From the NCBI RefSeq assembly GCF_009914755.1, contig NC_060948.1: a stretch of 64,000 bases of DNA; one strand, written 5' to 3'. Under the pieces are notes generated by a model, which made no database searches, was not told the DNA's origin, and saw only the letters and a program-made list of their open reading frames with translations. The first letter of the stretch is position 1. The number at the start of each line of letters is the position of its first letter. Below are positions 27,901 to 41,569 of the stretch, piece after piece. Made by a program: the position numbers and the translations under genes. Source of the DNA: the human T2T-CHM13v2.0 reference genome, Homo sapiens.

Positions 27901-30900
27901 CTTCTCAATACATCACAATTCTCCCACTGTAAAACTACAGACAGAAGAAGTGAGTCAAATTACTTAGGTCATGGGCTCAATGATATGACCCAAAGTCATT
28001 TGTAGGCAGGGCTCAGGCAAAAAAAGTGAGTCGTATCACCTAGGTGCTTCTTTAGGTATAGGTCACAATTTAGTATGTGGGAAGAAGCCAGGCTGAAGAA
28101 TCACATCACCTGGTCCTGGGTCCTGAGATATTCACAAATCCCCCTTAGAAAAGGACCTAGGCAAGAGAGTTACATCACCTAGGAACAGGTTCCACCCTTA
28201 TGTTACAATGCTCCATGTGGGCAGCCTATGAAGGAATTCACATCACCTAGGTGATAGGCCCAGATATATGTCACATAACCTTCCTGAAACCATGGTCTTG
28301 GCAAAAGAGTACAATCACCTTTGTTACCTGGTCTAGCAATATGTCACTATTCCAGTGGGCAGTTTTCAAGCAGGAGAGCCATATCACCTATACAATAGGC
28401 CCTGTAACATGTCATAATCTTATCTTTTGTGCATGGCCCTGGCAAAGAAAAGTATCATTACCTGTGTGCCTGGCTTATGAATATGTCACTCTCCTGCCCT
28501 GTGTGCAGGGCCCGTTTCAGAGAGGAAAGTTATATCACCTCAGTGATGGACAACATAATATGTCACAAGGATGTGTGTGGGCATGGGGCAAGCATGAATG
28601 TAACGTCACCTAAGTACTGGATCCAATGATGTCACAATTCTTCCTGAGAGCAGGCCAGGCAGAAGAATCACAAGACTTCAATGTTGGCCCAGGTAGATAT
28701 CAAAATTCCATGTGTAGGCTGGAACCAGTCCAAAGAGTGAAATCAAAAAAGCGCATGGAAGAGTTTTAGATCACAGTCATGATAAAATAAATTTCTAGGG
28801 ATTAGACTTATAATGCCACATGTGTCTTGTTTTCATGTAGAACAGTAGCTTTTATACATCTGTGATTGTGAAAATCCTTCCAGTCAGCTGGGTGTCCAAA
28901 CGAGACTCACGATTTCCTCTTTATCCTAGGCCCTGCTATGACACTCTCTATACTACTTACAGGTGTTATAAGAAGGTGTGAGTGTTGTAATCTTCTGTGA
29001 CATTGTTAACAGTAGGAGATGCTTCATGTCACTCATGTCTCTAAACCTAGTTGTAAGAGTCAAAATTTCTCCTATTGGCTGTGTCCACATATGAGAGTCA
29101 TTATCATGCCTGTTAGCTGTGCCTAGGTATATGTCACCATGCCCTCTGTGGTTACTAAATAGGCAGGACACTACATCACCTAAATCCTAAGCCAGAAATA
29201 TTCCAATATTCTCTTTGTATGCAAGGCCCTAACGGAGAAGTAACAGAACTTAGGTGTTATGCCAAGCTCTATGCTGTAATGTTACTTGTGAAGAGTGTCC
29301 GGGCAGGAGAGGAGAGTCATATCACCTAGATGATGGGTGCAGAGATATATCATAATGCCTTCTGTTGTAATGGCCCAGGAAAAAGGGTCATATCATTTGG
29401 ATGCGTGCTTAGAAATGCCACACTCTTTGCTTTAATCAGCGTGCAGTCAGGAGAGGAAAGTCGCATAACCTAGATCATAGGTCCAGAGATATGTTATGAT
29501 CCCTTCGGAGAACACTGTTAAGACAAAAGTCAAATCCCCAAGGTTTTGGCCCAATTGTATGTAAAAATGTCACATCTGGACTCTAAATAGGCAGGATTAT
29601 TAAGTGACTCAAGAGCTGGGCAAAAATAAACGTCAGAATAACACCTGTGAAAAGGTTCAGTGTTGAGAGTCACAATCCTGCACGTGACCTGGTTCCTGGT
29701 ACAAGAGTCATTATTAGACCTTTTATTTGTTCTCAAGTATATGGCACATTACCACTTGTGGGGAAGGAGAAGAAAGTAAGGAAAGTCACATCATTTAAGT
29801 GTGTGCACGTCCAGTGAAATTTCACAATTCTCCTTGTGGGTGGGACTCTTGGAGAAGAGTCAATCACCTGGATGCTGGCTTCAGTGACATATCTAAATCC
29901 TCTCTGTTGGCAAGGCTTAGGCAAGAGAGGAGACAAACTGCACATGGGCAATTGGCCTTGATATATGTCACAATGGCCATTGTGTGCAGGATCAAGACAG
30001 GAGAGTGAACTCACCTTGGTGCTGGGCTAAGCAATATGTCAAAGTCTCTCTGGTGGTCAGGGTCAAGGCAAGAGAGGAGAAACAGCACCTAGGGGCTGAG
30101 CCAAGTGATTTGTTACATAGCTTTCTATTGGCAGAACTCCCCTCAAAAACTCTCACATCACCTGAATGCAGTGTGTCACAATACAGCATAATTGCAGGGC
30201 CAAGGCAGTAGAAGGAACTCACATTATTTACATGATGGATCTGGATAAAATCCATAATGCTCTTTGTAGGCAGGGTTTAGGCCAACATTTCACACCAGCT
30301 GGTTGCTGGTACCAGTAACATGTAAAAGGGCCCCTAGTTGCATTGACAAAAAGTTATTATACATTGCTTAGGTGCTGGTGCATGTATGTCACAATTTCTA
30401 GGCTTGGCCTAGAAAGGAGAGTCAAAATACTCAGATGCTGGACAAAGTCAAACTTCACAATCACACACTTGAAAATGTTCAGAAATAAATTTTACAGGCC
30501 CACACAACTTCTGGCTTCGGGTATGAGAGTCAACACCTCCTATGAGTTGGGTCGAAGTAAAGAAGTCATAATCTCAACAATGGGCAAGATACATGTGTAA
30601 CAGCCCCAATCACATTGAAGGTTGTGTTCCAGTAGGACAGTCAAAGCACCACTGGTCTGGAGAATCGTGGGTAAATTTCACCACAGCATCTGTGGATCAG
30701 ATTCATATATGACGGTAACAAATTCCAGCTTCAACTGCTTATGTGTGTGAGATTTTTTAACTCATTCATAGGCTCTGTTCATGTGTGAAAATGACAACTG
30801 TGACAATTCGATGTGTGTAACACCTGGTTGCTGGTGCCTGTTATGACACACTTTGTACCACACAGACCTTAAATGATACACCTGAGTAGGATACATTTGT

Positions 30901-33798
30901 CTGAATTTTTACAGACATCTAATTTTACAGAGATCTGAGACTTTACTCATGGCCATAAACTGGCTCTGAGATTCACAATATCTCCCTTGGATGGGTCATG
31001 CATGAGTTATTATTGTGCATATCAGCTGAATCCAGGTATATGTTAGAATTTCATCTTTGGACATAGACAAGATAGAAAAGTCACATCATCTGTGTCCTTA
31101 GCCAGAAATACATTATATCTTCTTTTTAGGCAGGATCCAGTCAGAAGGCTCATATCTCCTGGGTACAGTCTCAAATAATATATCATCTTGACCATTGTAT
31201 ACAGGGTTGAAAAAATAGAGGGTAGTCACATTCCCTAGGTGCTGGGCTCTGCAATATGTTATAATTCCCTCTTATAGCAGATTCCAGCACAAAGAGGAGA
31301 GTCACACCACCTAGGTTTTGCACTCAGTGGTATGTCACAATTTCCTAGGTAGGTGAGATCCAGGCAGGAGAGGAGAGCACATTACCTAGATACTATATCC
31401 AGCAAAATGTCGGTGTCCCCTGTGAGAGAACACTGTGAGAGGAGAGACATATCACCTAGCTGATAGGCCCAGAGATATGTTACAATATCCCCTGTTGGCT
31501 GGATCCGTGAAGAAGAGTCACCTTTTTATGATTCTAACCCAGCAATATTTCACAATACACCCATGGGAAAGAATCTAAGCCAAGACTCTCAACACCGGGG
31601 TGCTGGGCTTTGTCATATGACACTATCAATTTATCCTTTAGGTGACACATTTAACTGTTAGTTTGTTATGTATGTAAGAGTCACAATCTCAAGTGTGTTC
31701 TCAGTCATCTTATGAGACACTCTACAACATCTGAAGGCTTTATGCAAAATACCTTAGTGTTACAAACCACTCTGAAGCCTACATGCTCGTTTGACCCAAA
31801 ACATACATATTGATGTAAACCCTGTTATGATAATCAACAGTTCTCTTATAGGCTGGGTTCAGACAGAAAACCCATTATGGTGCCTATAATCTGGGTCCAG
31901 AAATGAGTCACCATCTCATCTGTAGCAAGATCCACATATGAGAGTCACAATTCCATCGTTGTACTTTATTTACTTCTTAGAGTCAGAACTTCAACAGTGG
32001 GCTTTATAAATATGAGATGCTAAAAACTTTTTCTCTCACCTGCATTTGTAATCAAGGGTCACAATTTTAATCTTTTGCTGAGCTCTATTATAAAACTCTG
32101 TGTACCACCCAAGTTTATAGACTATGAGTTAGTGTTGTAAATTTCTGTGAGCTTTGTGCAAATATGCATCTCATAACTGTAACTATTGCCCTAAGCACAG
32201 CTATGAGAGGGAAAAGTCTACTATTGGTGGAATGCCAATTATGTTTGATCATGATGCCACTGAGTTGAAGCAATGTAAGTATCATAATCTCATTTGTAGA
32301 AAAAAAAACTTAGTGGAAAAGTAGCACAACTTACATGCTGTGGCAAGCAATATGTCACAATACCCTCTCTAGGCAGGGTCTAGAAATGAGGGTTACATTA
32401 ACTGGGTGCTGGAGTGCTGGACCCAGCAATATGACACAATCTCAAATGTGGAAAAACAAGCCCAAACAAATAAGGACAGCAAAAACACCTACAGGATGGG
32501 CCCAAGATATATAAAAATACTTTCAGTTGCTCTGGTACAAGCAGGAGAGTTATATCTTCAGGGTGATGGGCCCAGCAATGTGCCATAATTATCTCTTTCT
32601 GCAGGACTCAGGCAGAAAAGGTACATCATCTGGGTGCTGTACCCTGCAATACAGCAAAATTTATTTTATTGGCATGATTTGGAAAAAGAACAGTCATTTA
32701 ATCTAAGTATTGGGCTTAGCAATATGTCACAGCATCCCACGGTAAGGGCTCAGGCAGAAGAAAACAGACACATCACTTAGAACACAGGCTCAGATATATG
32801 ACCCAATGTCTCAAGTAGGCAGGGCTGAGGCAGAAGAGAAGAGTCATATCACCTAGGTGCTTCCCTAGGTTTATAACACAATCTAACATATCAGGAGAAG
32901 TCAGGCAAAAGAGTCACTTCACCTTTATGCTGGTTCCTGAGATATGTCACAATGCTCCCTTAGGACAGGACATGGGTGAGAGAGTTACAACAAATAGTTA
33001 CAGTTTTCACACTTATGTCACAATGCTCCATGTGGCAGGACTCAAGCAGCAAGTTATATCACCTAGAGGATAGGCCAAGAGATTTGTCACAATACCCTTT
33101 TTAGGATAAGGTCCCAGCAAAGGAGTTCCATCATCTGTGACCCTAGTGCAGCCATATGTGAGTATACCATACTCTGTGCACAGCCCAATCTAATGAGGAG
33201 AGTTGCATCACCTACAGGGCTGACACAGTGATATGTCACAATAATTTCTGTGGGCATAGCTTAGGCAAAAATATAACATGACCTGTGTGCTGGAGGTAGT
33301 GATTTTTCGTGATTTTTACTGGGAGTAGGTCCCAGATGGGAGAGTCACATCACCTCAAGGTTGGCCCAGGTAGATACCACAATAACATATGTGGGCTGAA
33401 ACCCTTCCAGAGAGTCAAATCATATGGGTGATTCACAAAATATTAAATCACAAGCACACTGGCGGAAAACTCCCAGGGTAAGATTTACAATACCACACAT
33501 TAGTTGTTTTTATGAGTGACAGTTGGCTTCATATATTTAAGATGGTGACATTCCTTACTGTCAGATCAGTGTGCATATGAGACTCAGAATTATGCCTTTC
33601 TGCTGCATTCCATCATAACAATTTCTGTACAAGCTGAGGACATTATAAAATACTTGAGGCTGCTATAGTCTTCTTTGAACTTTTTTATTACCAGAAAGAG
33701 ATTTAATCATTCATGTTTCAAAAGCAATTTATGGAAGTTGAAAATACTTCTATGTGTGAGGCCCACATATGACAGTCATTACCATGTCTGTGAGATGC

Positions 33799-36406
33799 TT
33801 GTAAATTGAACATTGAAATAAAAGCCCAACAAGGTACTCTTAAGGCACTAATCTGTTCCTTACCAACATTTGTAAAGAATTATAAAATAATTTATAAAAA
33901 TTATATCTTTTCCATTTCTAAGTCATCATTTTTGTTAAATAAGTAATTTAGGAAAATCTGGAATTTTATTTCAGGATTTTTAAACCTCTAAGTTGTAACA
34001 TCCTTCTCAAAACCACACTGTAGTTACAAAATTATCTTTCTTTATTTCTAGCTTTTGGATGCTACAGAGGGCCCATAGAGTATCAACAAGAGAGATAAAC
34101 AGGATTATATGGCATGATTAGTTACACGGAATTGCCAAATGGTGTTCAATATTTTTAGGTGATATTTTGGTGACTAATACTAATACATGTTCTAAAATTA
34201 TATGGGATTTCTAAAATTCTAATGTCTGAAGTATATGCTATCATCCACAATTAAGGTTGTTAGGTTAATTTATTGCAAACCATATAGATAACGAAAATTT
34301 TTGTCATATTTCTGACTGTAACTACCTTGCACACTTTGTAATACACAGATAATTATTCCTTTTTTGATTTTTTTATGAAGTGCTTTTTAATCAGCTATAG
34401 ATCTTTAATAGGTGCTCTCAATTGCAGGCTTCCGATAACTTTGGAGCTTGTGACATTGAAATACAGGAAAAACTTACAGGACTCTCAAAGAGCTAAAATA
34501 TGTATGAATATCAAACAAAAGAAGAGTTGACTGAATGGACCGGACTAATAGAAAATTGAAGTAGCCCTTCTGACTTTTGTTTGAGACATTACTCATTCTT
34601 GTATTATTTACCAGAGTCAAGGAAACATCTTGAGATACTTACAGCCTTTAATATGTGAGCAAGGTGTACTCATGTGTGCACAATTTGGATCATGTTTGCC
34701 TTTCTCGGCAGGACTTCTCCTGAATTCGAAAAATAGTTGTGAGTGTTCTTAACTTGTGGCAATATAGGTGTTTGTATCAGTGCAATAACAGTCCAATTTC
34801 TCTTCCAACAGAACACAACTGGAGAAACTGGTTGTTTGAACAAGGCCTTGACTAAAAAATAAGCTTCCCTTTAAGGAGTCAAGATCAACTTGCAGAACCA
34901 AGAAAATCCCAGTGGAAAAATTGGCTTTATACCTCATCTAAACAGTCCTTTAGCAGGGTTCCTGATCTGTGGTAACTAAATAATGACACTTTCTGACAGG
35001 CCCAGGAGCTCCAAGTTTATCTTGGGACCATAAGAGCAGAGAATCACCCAACTAAAAATTATCTGATTGTACAAACCCGTGGCTGGGCTTGACTTTAGAA
35101 AGTCCCATCTGAAATTTCTTGTGGAACAGAGTTCCATCAAAGCCAATGTAAAAGACCTATCTAGAAATAATTATTCTTGCTGCATTTTATGCAAATAATC
35201 AGGCCCAGTATCAGAATAAAGTTTATTTTACAAACAACTCAGTCCTATCATGATTTATTTTTTAATAGAAGAGGACTGGATAAAGTTTATGTTTCACAAC
35301 TTATTATATATTTGTCATTAAATTCTAAACTCACAAGTTTTGCATTGTTGCCTACTTTTTAGAACAATCTTGCTTATTTCTGTGACCCCACTAATGATCT
35401 TCAACTGCAGCCCACAATAAACAAAAATGAATTGGTACACATGAAAATCTGGATTAACATTATAATTCTGGACAATTATCCTGCAAATTCTGCAGAGTGA
35501 TGGGAATATATAGGGTGCCCACCTAAATTTTATGAAGCACAACTATAGCCACTAGTTTCCTCAGTATGTCACAGTCATTCTTTTCTCACCCTTGTAGAAG
35601 AAGAACTCAATTCCACAGCTTCATCTTAGCATTCAGCTCATGATAAAGAGTCCATGCAATGCCCTGAGACACATTTTTGCCCCAGCCTCAATTCTAAGCT
35701 TCTGTTTGACACCATAGAAAAAAGTAAAAAATTTGAGAAATCCAGAGGCAGGTGATAATGGAGGTAAAAAAGCACAATGCTGGTGAGCATAACTAATTCC
35801 CAGGGATTAAGCCAAGCCCCCGATTTCATGGATAAAGATTATGCTACTATCCATGCCATAAATGAGGTCCAGTGAACTCCAGAGCTACTGACAGCAGGGA
35901 AGAAAGGGTACACATGTGTAAGAGCAGATATATCCACCCCCTTAGGCCTCCCTGTTAACATTGGTGAAAGCTGCCTCGACACCCATGGGAGGCACCCTGT
36001 TACAATCAGTGGGACTTGGGGATACAAGGATTGAAGTGGGAAAAAGAATATTCTTTCTCCTATAGCTCAACACACCCTGGGAAATTGCTAGGAAGAGAAA
36101 GGAGCCAGGGACTCCTGCTCCTCTATCTCTTTCAAGATAAGTAACCATTCATTTTTAGTCTAGACCCATTTTGAATGCATCCTGAACCCTTGGAACTCCT
36201 TTGAAAAAATGCTAACTTTTCATTTTTTCTCCTCCGTTTGCTGTTTAGAGATAGGTAATCACATCTCCATGTTTTGGGACATTCCTCTTCAATGCATCCT
36301 CCAAGTTTGGAAGAGTTAATTTCCCAAACATTAAACTGGACAGCTTAGGATTGGACCCAGGAGAAAAGAACCCAGAAGTCTCATATGCTGTCAAAAGGGT
36401 AAAAGT

Positions 36407-36470
<64 letters not shown>

Positions 36471-36844
36471 TTCTTTTTCTTTCTTTCTTTTATTTTTTCC
36501 TGTTGGGCTTTTGGCCTCCCTCTACCTATGCAAACTGGTGAAAACCCTGGATTTTTTTTGAGCTGTCTCTTCCACATTTCCCTTGGTTCATTTTAATACG
36601 TGCTTTTTAGTAACACAGTTTGATTCTCCTCACCTTCAGGCTATCAAACTTCAAACAGTCACACTACCATAGGCTGAGACAATGGCCCCTTTCACTGGAG
36701 ACACTTAGGCCTCTAAGGAATAACTGACTGCCATTTATTTCACAACAGTGCCCCCTGTCATCAGGAAGCACTTAAAAGTGGTTTTTGTCCTCATCTTTAT
36801 CCTTATTCTAACAGCAGTTAGATATACTTATTGACAGTGGAAAA
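33799..36844 (+). mobile_element. MER4-group ERV1 internal sequence (non-coding, 5'-truncated)
   Basis: AT-rich internal sequence typical of MER4-group elements. Env-tail-like AGGCTATCAAACTTCAAAC at ~36638. Purine tract just before the LTR. Exact family not determined. Confidence 0.7.
36406..36490. repeat. (TTTC)n microsatellite
   Basis: About 16 perfect TTTC units followed by imperfect ones. Confidence 0.97.
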
Positions 36845-37278
36845 TAACAGAGTTAGAAAACAGCCAAGTGTCTTGGACAAAACCCCATCTTCAAGCCTAA
36901 AACAGCCTGAAGGCTGAAAAATCGAGTGCTTGTGCTAGATGAAGCCTGCCTTTTTCCAACAGATTCTCTTTGAATAATTTCCATCTGAAAACTGGGGGAA
37001 GGGAGTGGAGGCTTGGAAGGCCATGGAAACTTTACCCCTTGTGCAAGGAGGAGGAGCCTGGCTTCATCAGTTCCTGTGTGATGGTCTGGTGTTCAGCAAT
37101 CCGTGAAGTGGGGGCCTGGTAAACACGACTCCCACTCACTTCGTTGAGAGTTTTTCTTTTTTTCTTTTCTTTTACCCAATCAGCTCTACTCTTTATCCTT
37201 CAGGAGTGTCCCTGAGCCTAATCTTTCCTAGTCATGTGACAAGAACCCAATTTTGCTGAAGGAGAACGTTCTGCAACA
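36845..37278 (+). mobile_element. 3' LTR of the MER4-group ERV1
   Basis: Follows the purine tract. Contains AAACCCCATCTTCAAGCCTAAAACAGCCTGAAGGCTGAAAAA. Ends GTGACAAGAACCC...TTCTGCAACA, as MER4-group LTRs typically do. Confidence 0.75.
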
Positions 37279-37309
37279 TGAGGAATTAGAACGTTTGTTT
37301 AAGATAAGC

Positions 37310-37927
37310 TGAATTTTATGCATGTGGGTTTCATTCTGGCCTCTGTTATTTGCCTTAACATTGATTTAACTGTCTTTATGCCAGCACCACACTATTTTGA
37401 TTACTGTAACTTGGCAATATGTTTTGAAATAAAAAATATTTATCTAAGTATATTCTTTTTTTCCAAAGTTGTTTTGCTACTTTTTTTGTTTTGTTTGTTT
37501 TTGAGTGTTTACATAAATTATAGTGCAATATTTGAGGGCTTACTCCTGTGATCCCAATACATTGGGAAGCCAAGGAAGGTGGATTGCAGGACCCCAGTAG
37601 TTTGACACCAGCCTGGGCAATATGGTGAAACCCTGTATCTACAAAAAATACAAGAACTTGCTGAGCATGGTGGCATGCACCTGCAGTCTCAGCTACTTCT
37701 GGAGCTGAGGTGGGAGGATCAATTGAGCTTGATGTGTCAAGGCTATGGTGAGCCATGATTATAGCATTGCACTCCAGCCTGGGTGACACAGCTAAATATT
37801 GACTCAAACATTTTAGAATATTTTACTACTTCTGCAAAACAAAAACAAAAACAACAACAACAAAAAAAACTATTGGCTCTTTGAAAGAGTTCTCATTGAC
37901 CTGTAGATCATTTCTAATACCATTAAC
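37310..37927 (-). mobile_element. Old L1 (L1M) ORF2 fragment, interrupted by an Alu; probable host of the HML-5 provirus
   Basis: CTGTCTTTATGCCAGCACCACACTATTTTGATTACTGTAAC is antisense L1 ORF2 (compare 62217-62260). Similarity resumes at ~37810-37920. Confidence 0.65.
37522..37808 (+). mobile_element. AluJ
   Basis: Diverged dimer with the J-type right arm GGTGGGAGGATCAATTGAGC...GAGCCATGATT. Confidence 0.85.
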
Positions 37928-38541
37928 TGAGGCACCACTCTTTTCATGAGGGCATTAGCTGCAGGGAGTCTGTCCCTTGCAGACCCCTGACCGAGCGACA
38001 GATGAATAAAGTACCCTGTCACACAGATATTCTGCTTTTCAAGTCCAGCTGAGGGTCTGGGGCCACTAACAGTCTCCAAAGGGAGTCCTGTAAAGAGTGG
38101 CAGCTGTGCCCTGAGCAACTTGCACTCCAGGCATTTATTTAGTATAGAATTATTAACAGAAGCTTTGAGTAGACACACTTGTGGATAATTAACCTGGTTA
38201 AGAGAATAGTTCTGTGAATAACGAAACCTCAGGCACCACGGTCTAAAGTAAATGCCAGTGGGGGCAATTTCCCTGGTTGACATTCCCCAGAAAGGACCAT
38301 CTGGCTTAAAGGTTAGTTAATGGAGGTGGGGTAAAAAAACTTAATTGGGGAAGCCTCTATTGTCCTTAGCATTTACCCTATGACCAAATGCTTTAAGGTT
38401 AAAACCGACTACCTTCAGCCCCTTGAATTATTACAAGCTATGCAACCTTTCAGCCTTCCAAAAGTCTGTGACTATTCCCTATAACTTTCCCTAATTATTT
38501 TCTTTTAATATTTCTGCCATCCTCCTGAGTGAATCTCAAAA
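37928..38541 (-). mobile_element. HML-5 3' LTR (LTR22B-like)
   Basis: Preceded on the minus strand by the polypurine tract AGAAAAGAACAGAGAGGAGGA (~38542-38562). Homologous to the 5' LTR. Confidence 0.88.
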
Positions 38542-39188
38542 TCCTCCTCTCTGTTCTTTTCTGCATCAGGTTTTTGATTGCAGAGCACAGATATGTGCAG
38601 TCATAGGTTTGTCAGGCGAGGTGGTCACTGATCTTATTCCAGCTTTGCATCATATAAATAGCAAATAACACAAAACAATCATGAGTATAATTAACAACAC
38701 TTCTTCCAGTCAGAGTGACTTGCAGAGTTACTTGCCATCTGAGTTCACTCTGTGCTATTAATGAGGAACCTCACTGGGGGAATGTTGATTTCCTTTTATT
38801 TAAGCAGTGATGTTGTTAGAAGCTGGAAAGGGGGTGTTAGTCTAAGTACTAGGGTAGAACAAAGGAGGTTACAAGATGGGCTTAATAGAGCTTGGCAGAT
38901 ACAGGTAGTAGACAAAGTGAGAGAATAAAAAAGAAGCAGGATTTGCATAGCCTTCTGAGTCATCTTTCTCTGATAAAGCTGCATCATCTTGCAGGGTCTC
39001 TCCTAGGCTGGCTCGAGTTTTTTCTTCTTTTAATCCTTTGATGAGGATGCAGTGTCTTGGCTGGTGCTTGTGTATTGGAAATTGTAGAGATTGTGTCTGT
39101 GCTAAGATATCTCTCATAATCTTTGTTAAAGAGCAGGTTAGTGCTTTAAGAAAAACTTGTGCTTTTAATGTCTTGTTTACAGAAAAAC
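38542..39188 (-). pseudogene. env: HML-5 env C-terminal/3' remnant
   Basis: The minus strand encodes a hydrophobic TM-like stretch (IILMIVLCYLLFI) and a cytoplasmic tail running into the PPT. Contains stops, and most of env is missing. Confidence 0.5.
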
Positions 39189-39204
39189 TGGATGACACAT
39201 CTTT

Positions 39205-39617
39205 TTTAAATTAATTTATTTTTATTATTGTACTTTAAGTTTTAGGGTACATGTGCACAATGTGCCGGTTAGTTACATATGTATACATGTGCCATGCTGG
39301 TGTGCTGCACCCACTAACTCATCATCTAGCATTAGGCATATCTCCCAATGCTATCCCTCCCGCCTCCCCCCACCCCACAACAGGCCCCAGAGTGTGATGT
39401 TCCCCTTCCTGTGTCCATGTACTCTCATTGTTCAATTCCCACCTATGAGTGAGAATATGCGGTGTTTGGTTTTTTGTTCTTGCGATAGTTTACTGAGAAT
39501 GATGATTTCCAATTTCATCCATGTCCCTACAAAGGACATGAACTCATCATTTTTTATGGCTGCATAGTATTCCATGGTGTGTATGTGCCACATTTTCTTA
39601 ATCCAGTCTATGATTGT
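39205..39617 (-). mobile_element. 5'-truncated young L1 (L1PA2-like) 3' end inside HML-5
   Basis: L1 3'UTR and ORF2 C-terminus (IDWIKKMWHIHTMEYYAAIK). Has ACTAACTCATCATCTAGCATTAGG, the pre-L1HS state. Perfect 16-bp TSD TGGATGACACATCTTT at 39189-39204 and 39618-39633. Confidence 0.93.
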
Positions 39618-39984
39618 TGGATGACACATCTTTAACTTTAGTCAATATGTTTACTCAGAGAATTTTGTTAACAATTAACATTTTAAAACTTGCTTAGACT
39701 TTCAAAACAAAATTATACAACATGTCCTGAATAGTTTTCTTTTTATAATGTTTTTATGACTTCCACAGACAATTTTCAACATGCCTTAACTTTATTTCTT
39801 TCATAACCTTCCTTAATAAAGGTGCAGTCTAATGGTTATAACTTTCTTAACATTTCTTTCTCTTTATGTCTTTTCTTTGTCTTACTTTTTGTGACTTTGA
39901 CCTCTGGTTTTTCTAGTCTTTCTTTTTTTTCCCCTCTATTTCTCTCTTTAACCTTTCTGTTTCTCTCTGATCTTGGACAGCAAT

Positions 39985-41400
39985 TAAATGAGTGTTGGTA
40001 TCAATAGATACTTGTACATATCTAAGTTTTCCAAATTCAAGTATGGGTGTAACATCTGTTTGCTATAGCAGGTTAAGTTCTGTTTCCCTAGGGTTAACAC
40101 CTGTTGAAGGAGGGGACTTACCTGTGAGCTGGCAATCTGGGCATTGTAGGATAATTTATTTAGCCAGTCTCTGAGTAAGTTGATAAGTTTCTTCAATTTG
40201 GATGGAAAAATTCATGCGATTGGGTGGCTTGGTCTAGCAGTGATGGCTTAACCTGTAGGTTTGCTTGATCACTGCTCATAAGCCAATGGGCTAGGAAGTA
40301 AGCTGTGGGCTCAAATATGTGTAATAAAAATGGGACTTGTATGTTGATCTAGCCAATTGCTGAAGTTGGAGAAAGAGTAAACCGTCCTGGCTCCAGAATA
40401 GAGTTAAGGCTGTAAAACTTCTTTAATAAATAAACAGAGTAACCTTAGCTTTCTGTTTGCTAGTAAACTCAGATTGCATGATTGAATTATATGGTCTCTA
40501 CCAGACTGCTGCTTTTCCATGTTTGCGGACCCATCAGTAAACCGTGTTAAAGCATTAGTTACAGGGGAGTAAACTCTTTTTGTAGGCATTATTACCGGAG
40601 TATGAGATAAGAAATGAAAGACTTTATCAGCAGGGAGGATGTGCTTTATTTGCTCTGTGTAATGAGATAAAACTATTTGTGGGTGTATTGACAAAGATAA
40701 TGAAGCTTTGAATTGCTCTTTACTTAAAGGAATCATGATGATATCGGTTATGTCGCAACTGATTTTTAACGTTTGTGACCTGAATAGATGACTTTAGTAA
40801 TTAACTGAGTATAAGGAGACAGTGTTTTAGTCCCGGTATGGGGGCAAAAAACCCATTCTAGGAAACATAGCCTGGGAGTCATTTGTCCTAGTAACCCTGT
40901 AGGGGAGTGTTAGGTGGAAAAAATAAATAGCTGATTGGAATACGGTGGATCAATGCGATCTAGCTTCCTTTGAAAGACGGCTTGCTCAATTTCCTTGATT
41001 TCCCTTTTTGCTGCAAGGGTTAAATATCTGGGAGAATTGAGGGCTGGGTTGCCCTTTAAGATAGAGAACAGGTTTTGTAGTTTATTGGTAGGAATTCCAA
41101 CAATGGGAGAAATCCAGGTAACATTGTCCAATAATTTCTGCTAATCATTTAATGTGTGTAAGTTGTTAGTACTTAGGTTAAACTTTTGAGGTCTTACTGA
41201 CCAGGAGATTAACAGATATCCAAGATATTTTCAAGGAGGGAACATGGGTACTTTTTCAGGTGCAGTGACTAAACTTTTCAGTTGTGTATTCCTTATGACA
41301 GAGGTAAACAAATTTAAAGGTATTGGCTCCGTTGGGGCTGCTAGTAAAATATCATCCATAAAATGAATAATCATGTAATCAGGAATTTTTTTTCTACTAG
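39985..41400 (-). pseudogene. pol: HML-5 pol remnant (RT C-terminal half, RNase H, integrase N-terminus)
   Basis: MIIHFMDDILLAAP RT motif at ~41335-41376. LQNLFSILKGNPALNSPRYLT. RNase H FTDGSAN. Integrase QCPDCQ and QTDVT motifs at ~40050-40160. Frameshifts and stops throughout. Confidence 0.85.
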
Positions 41401-41569
41401 TTAAAAAACAAAGTTTGCTTTTAACTACTTCTAAACTAACTCATGGGTTGTTTGTAATTTCTCAACCTTTAAACGTTACTGTTTTACTTGAATTTGGTGA
41501 GCTTCATCAGGGTGGAAGAGAGATGACAACAGTGGAGGTTATTAGAAAGAGGTTTTCTAATTCTTACAT

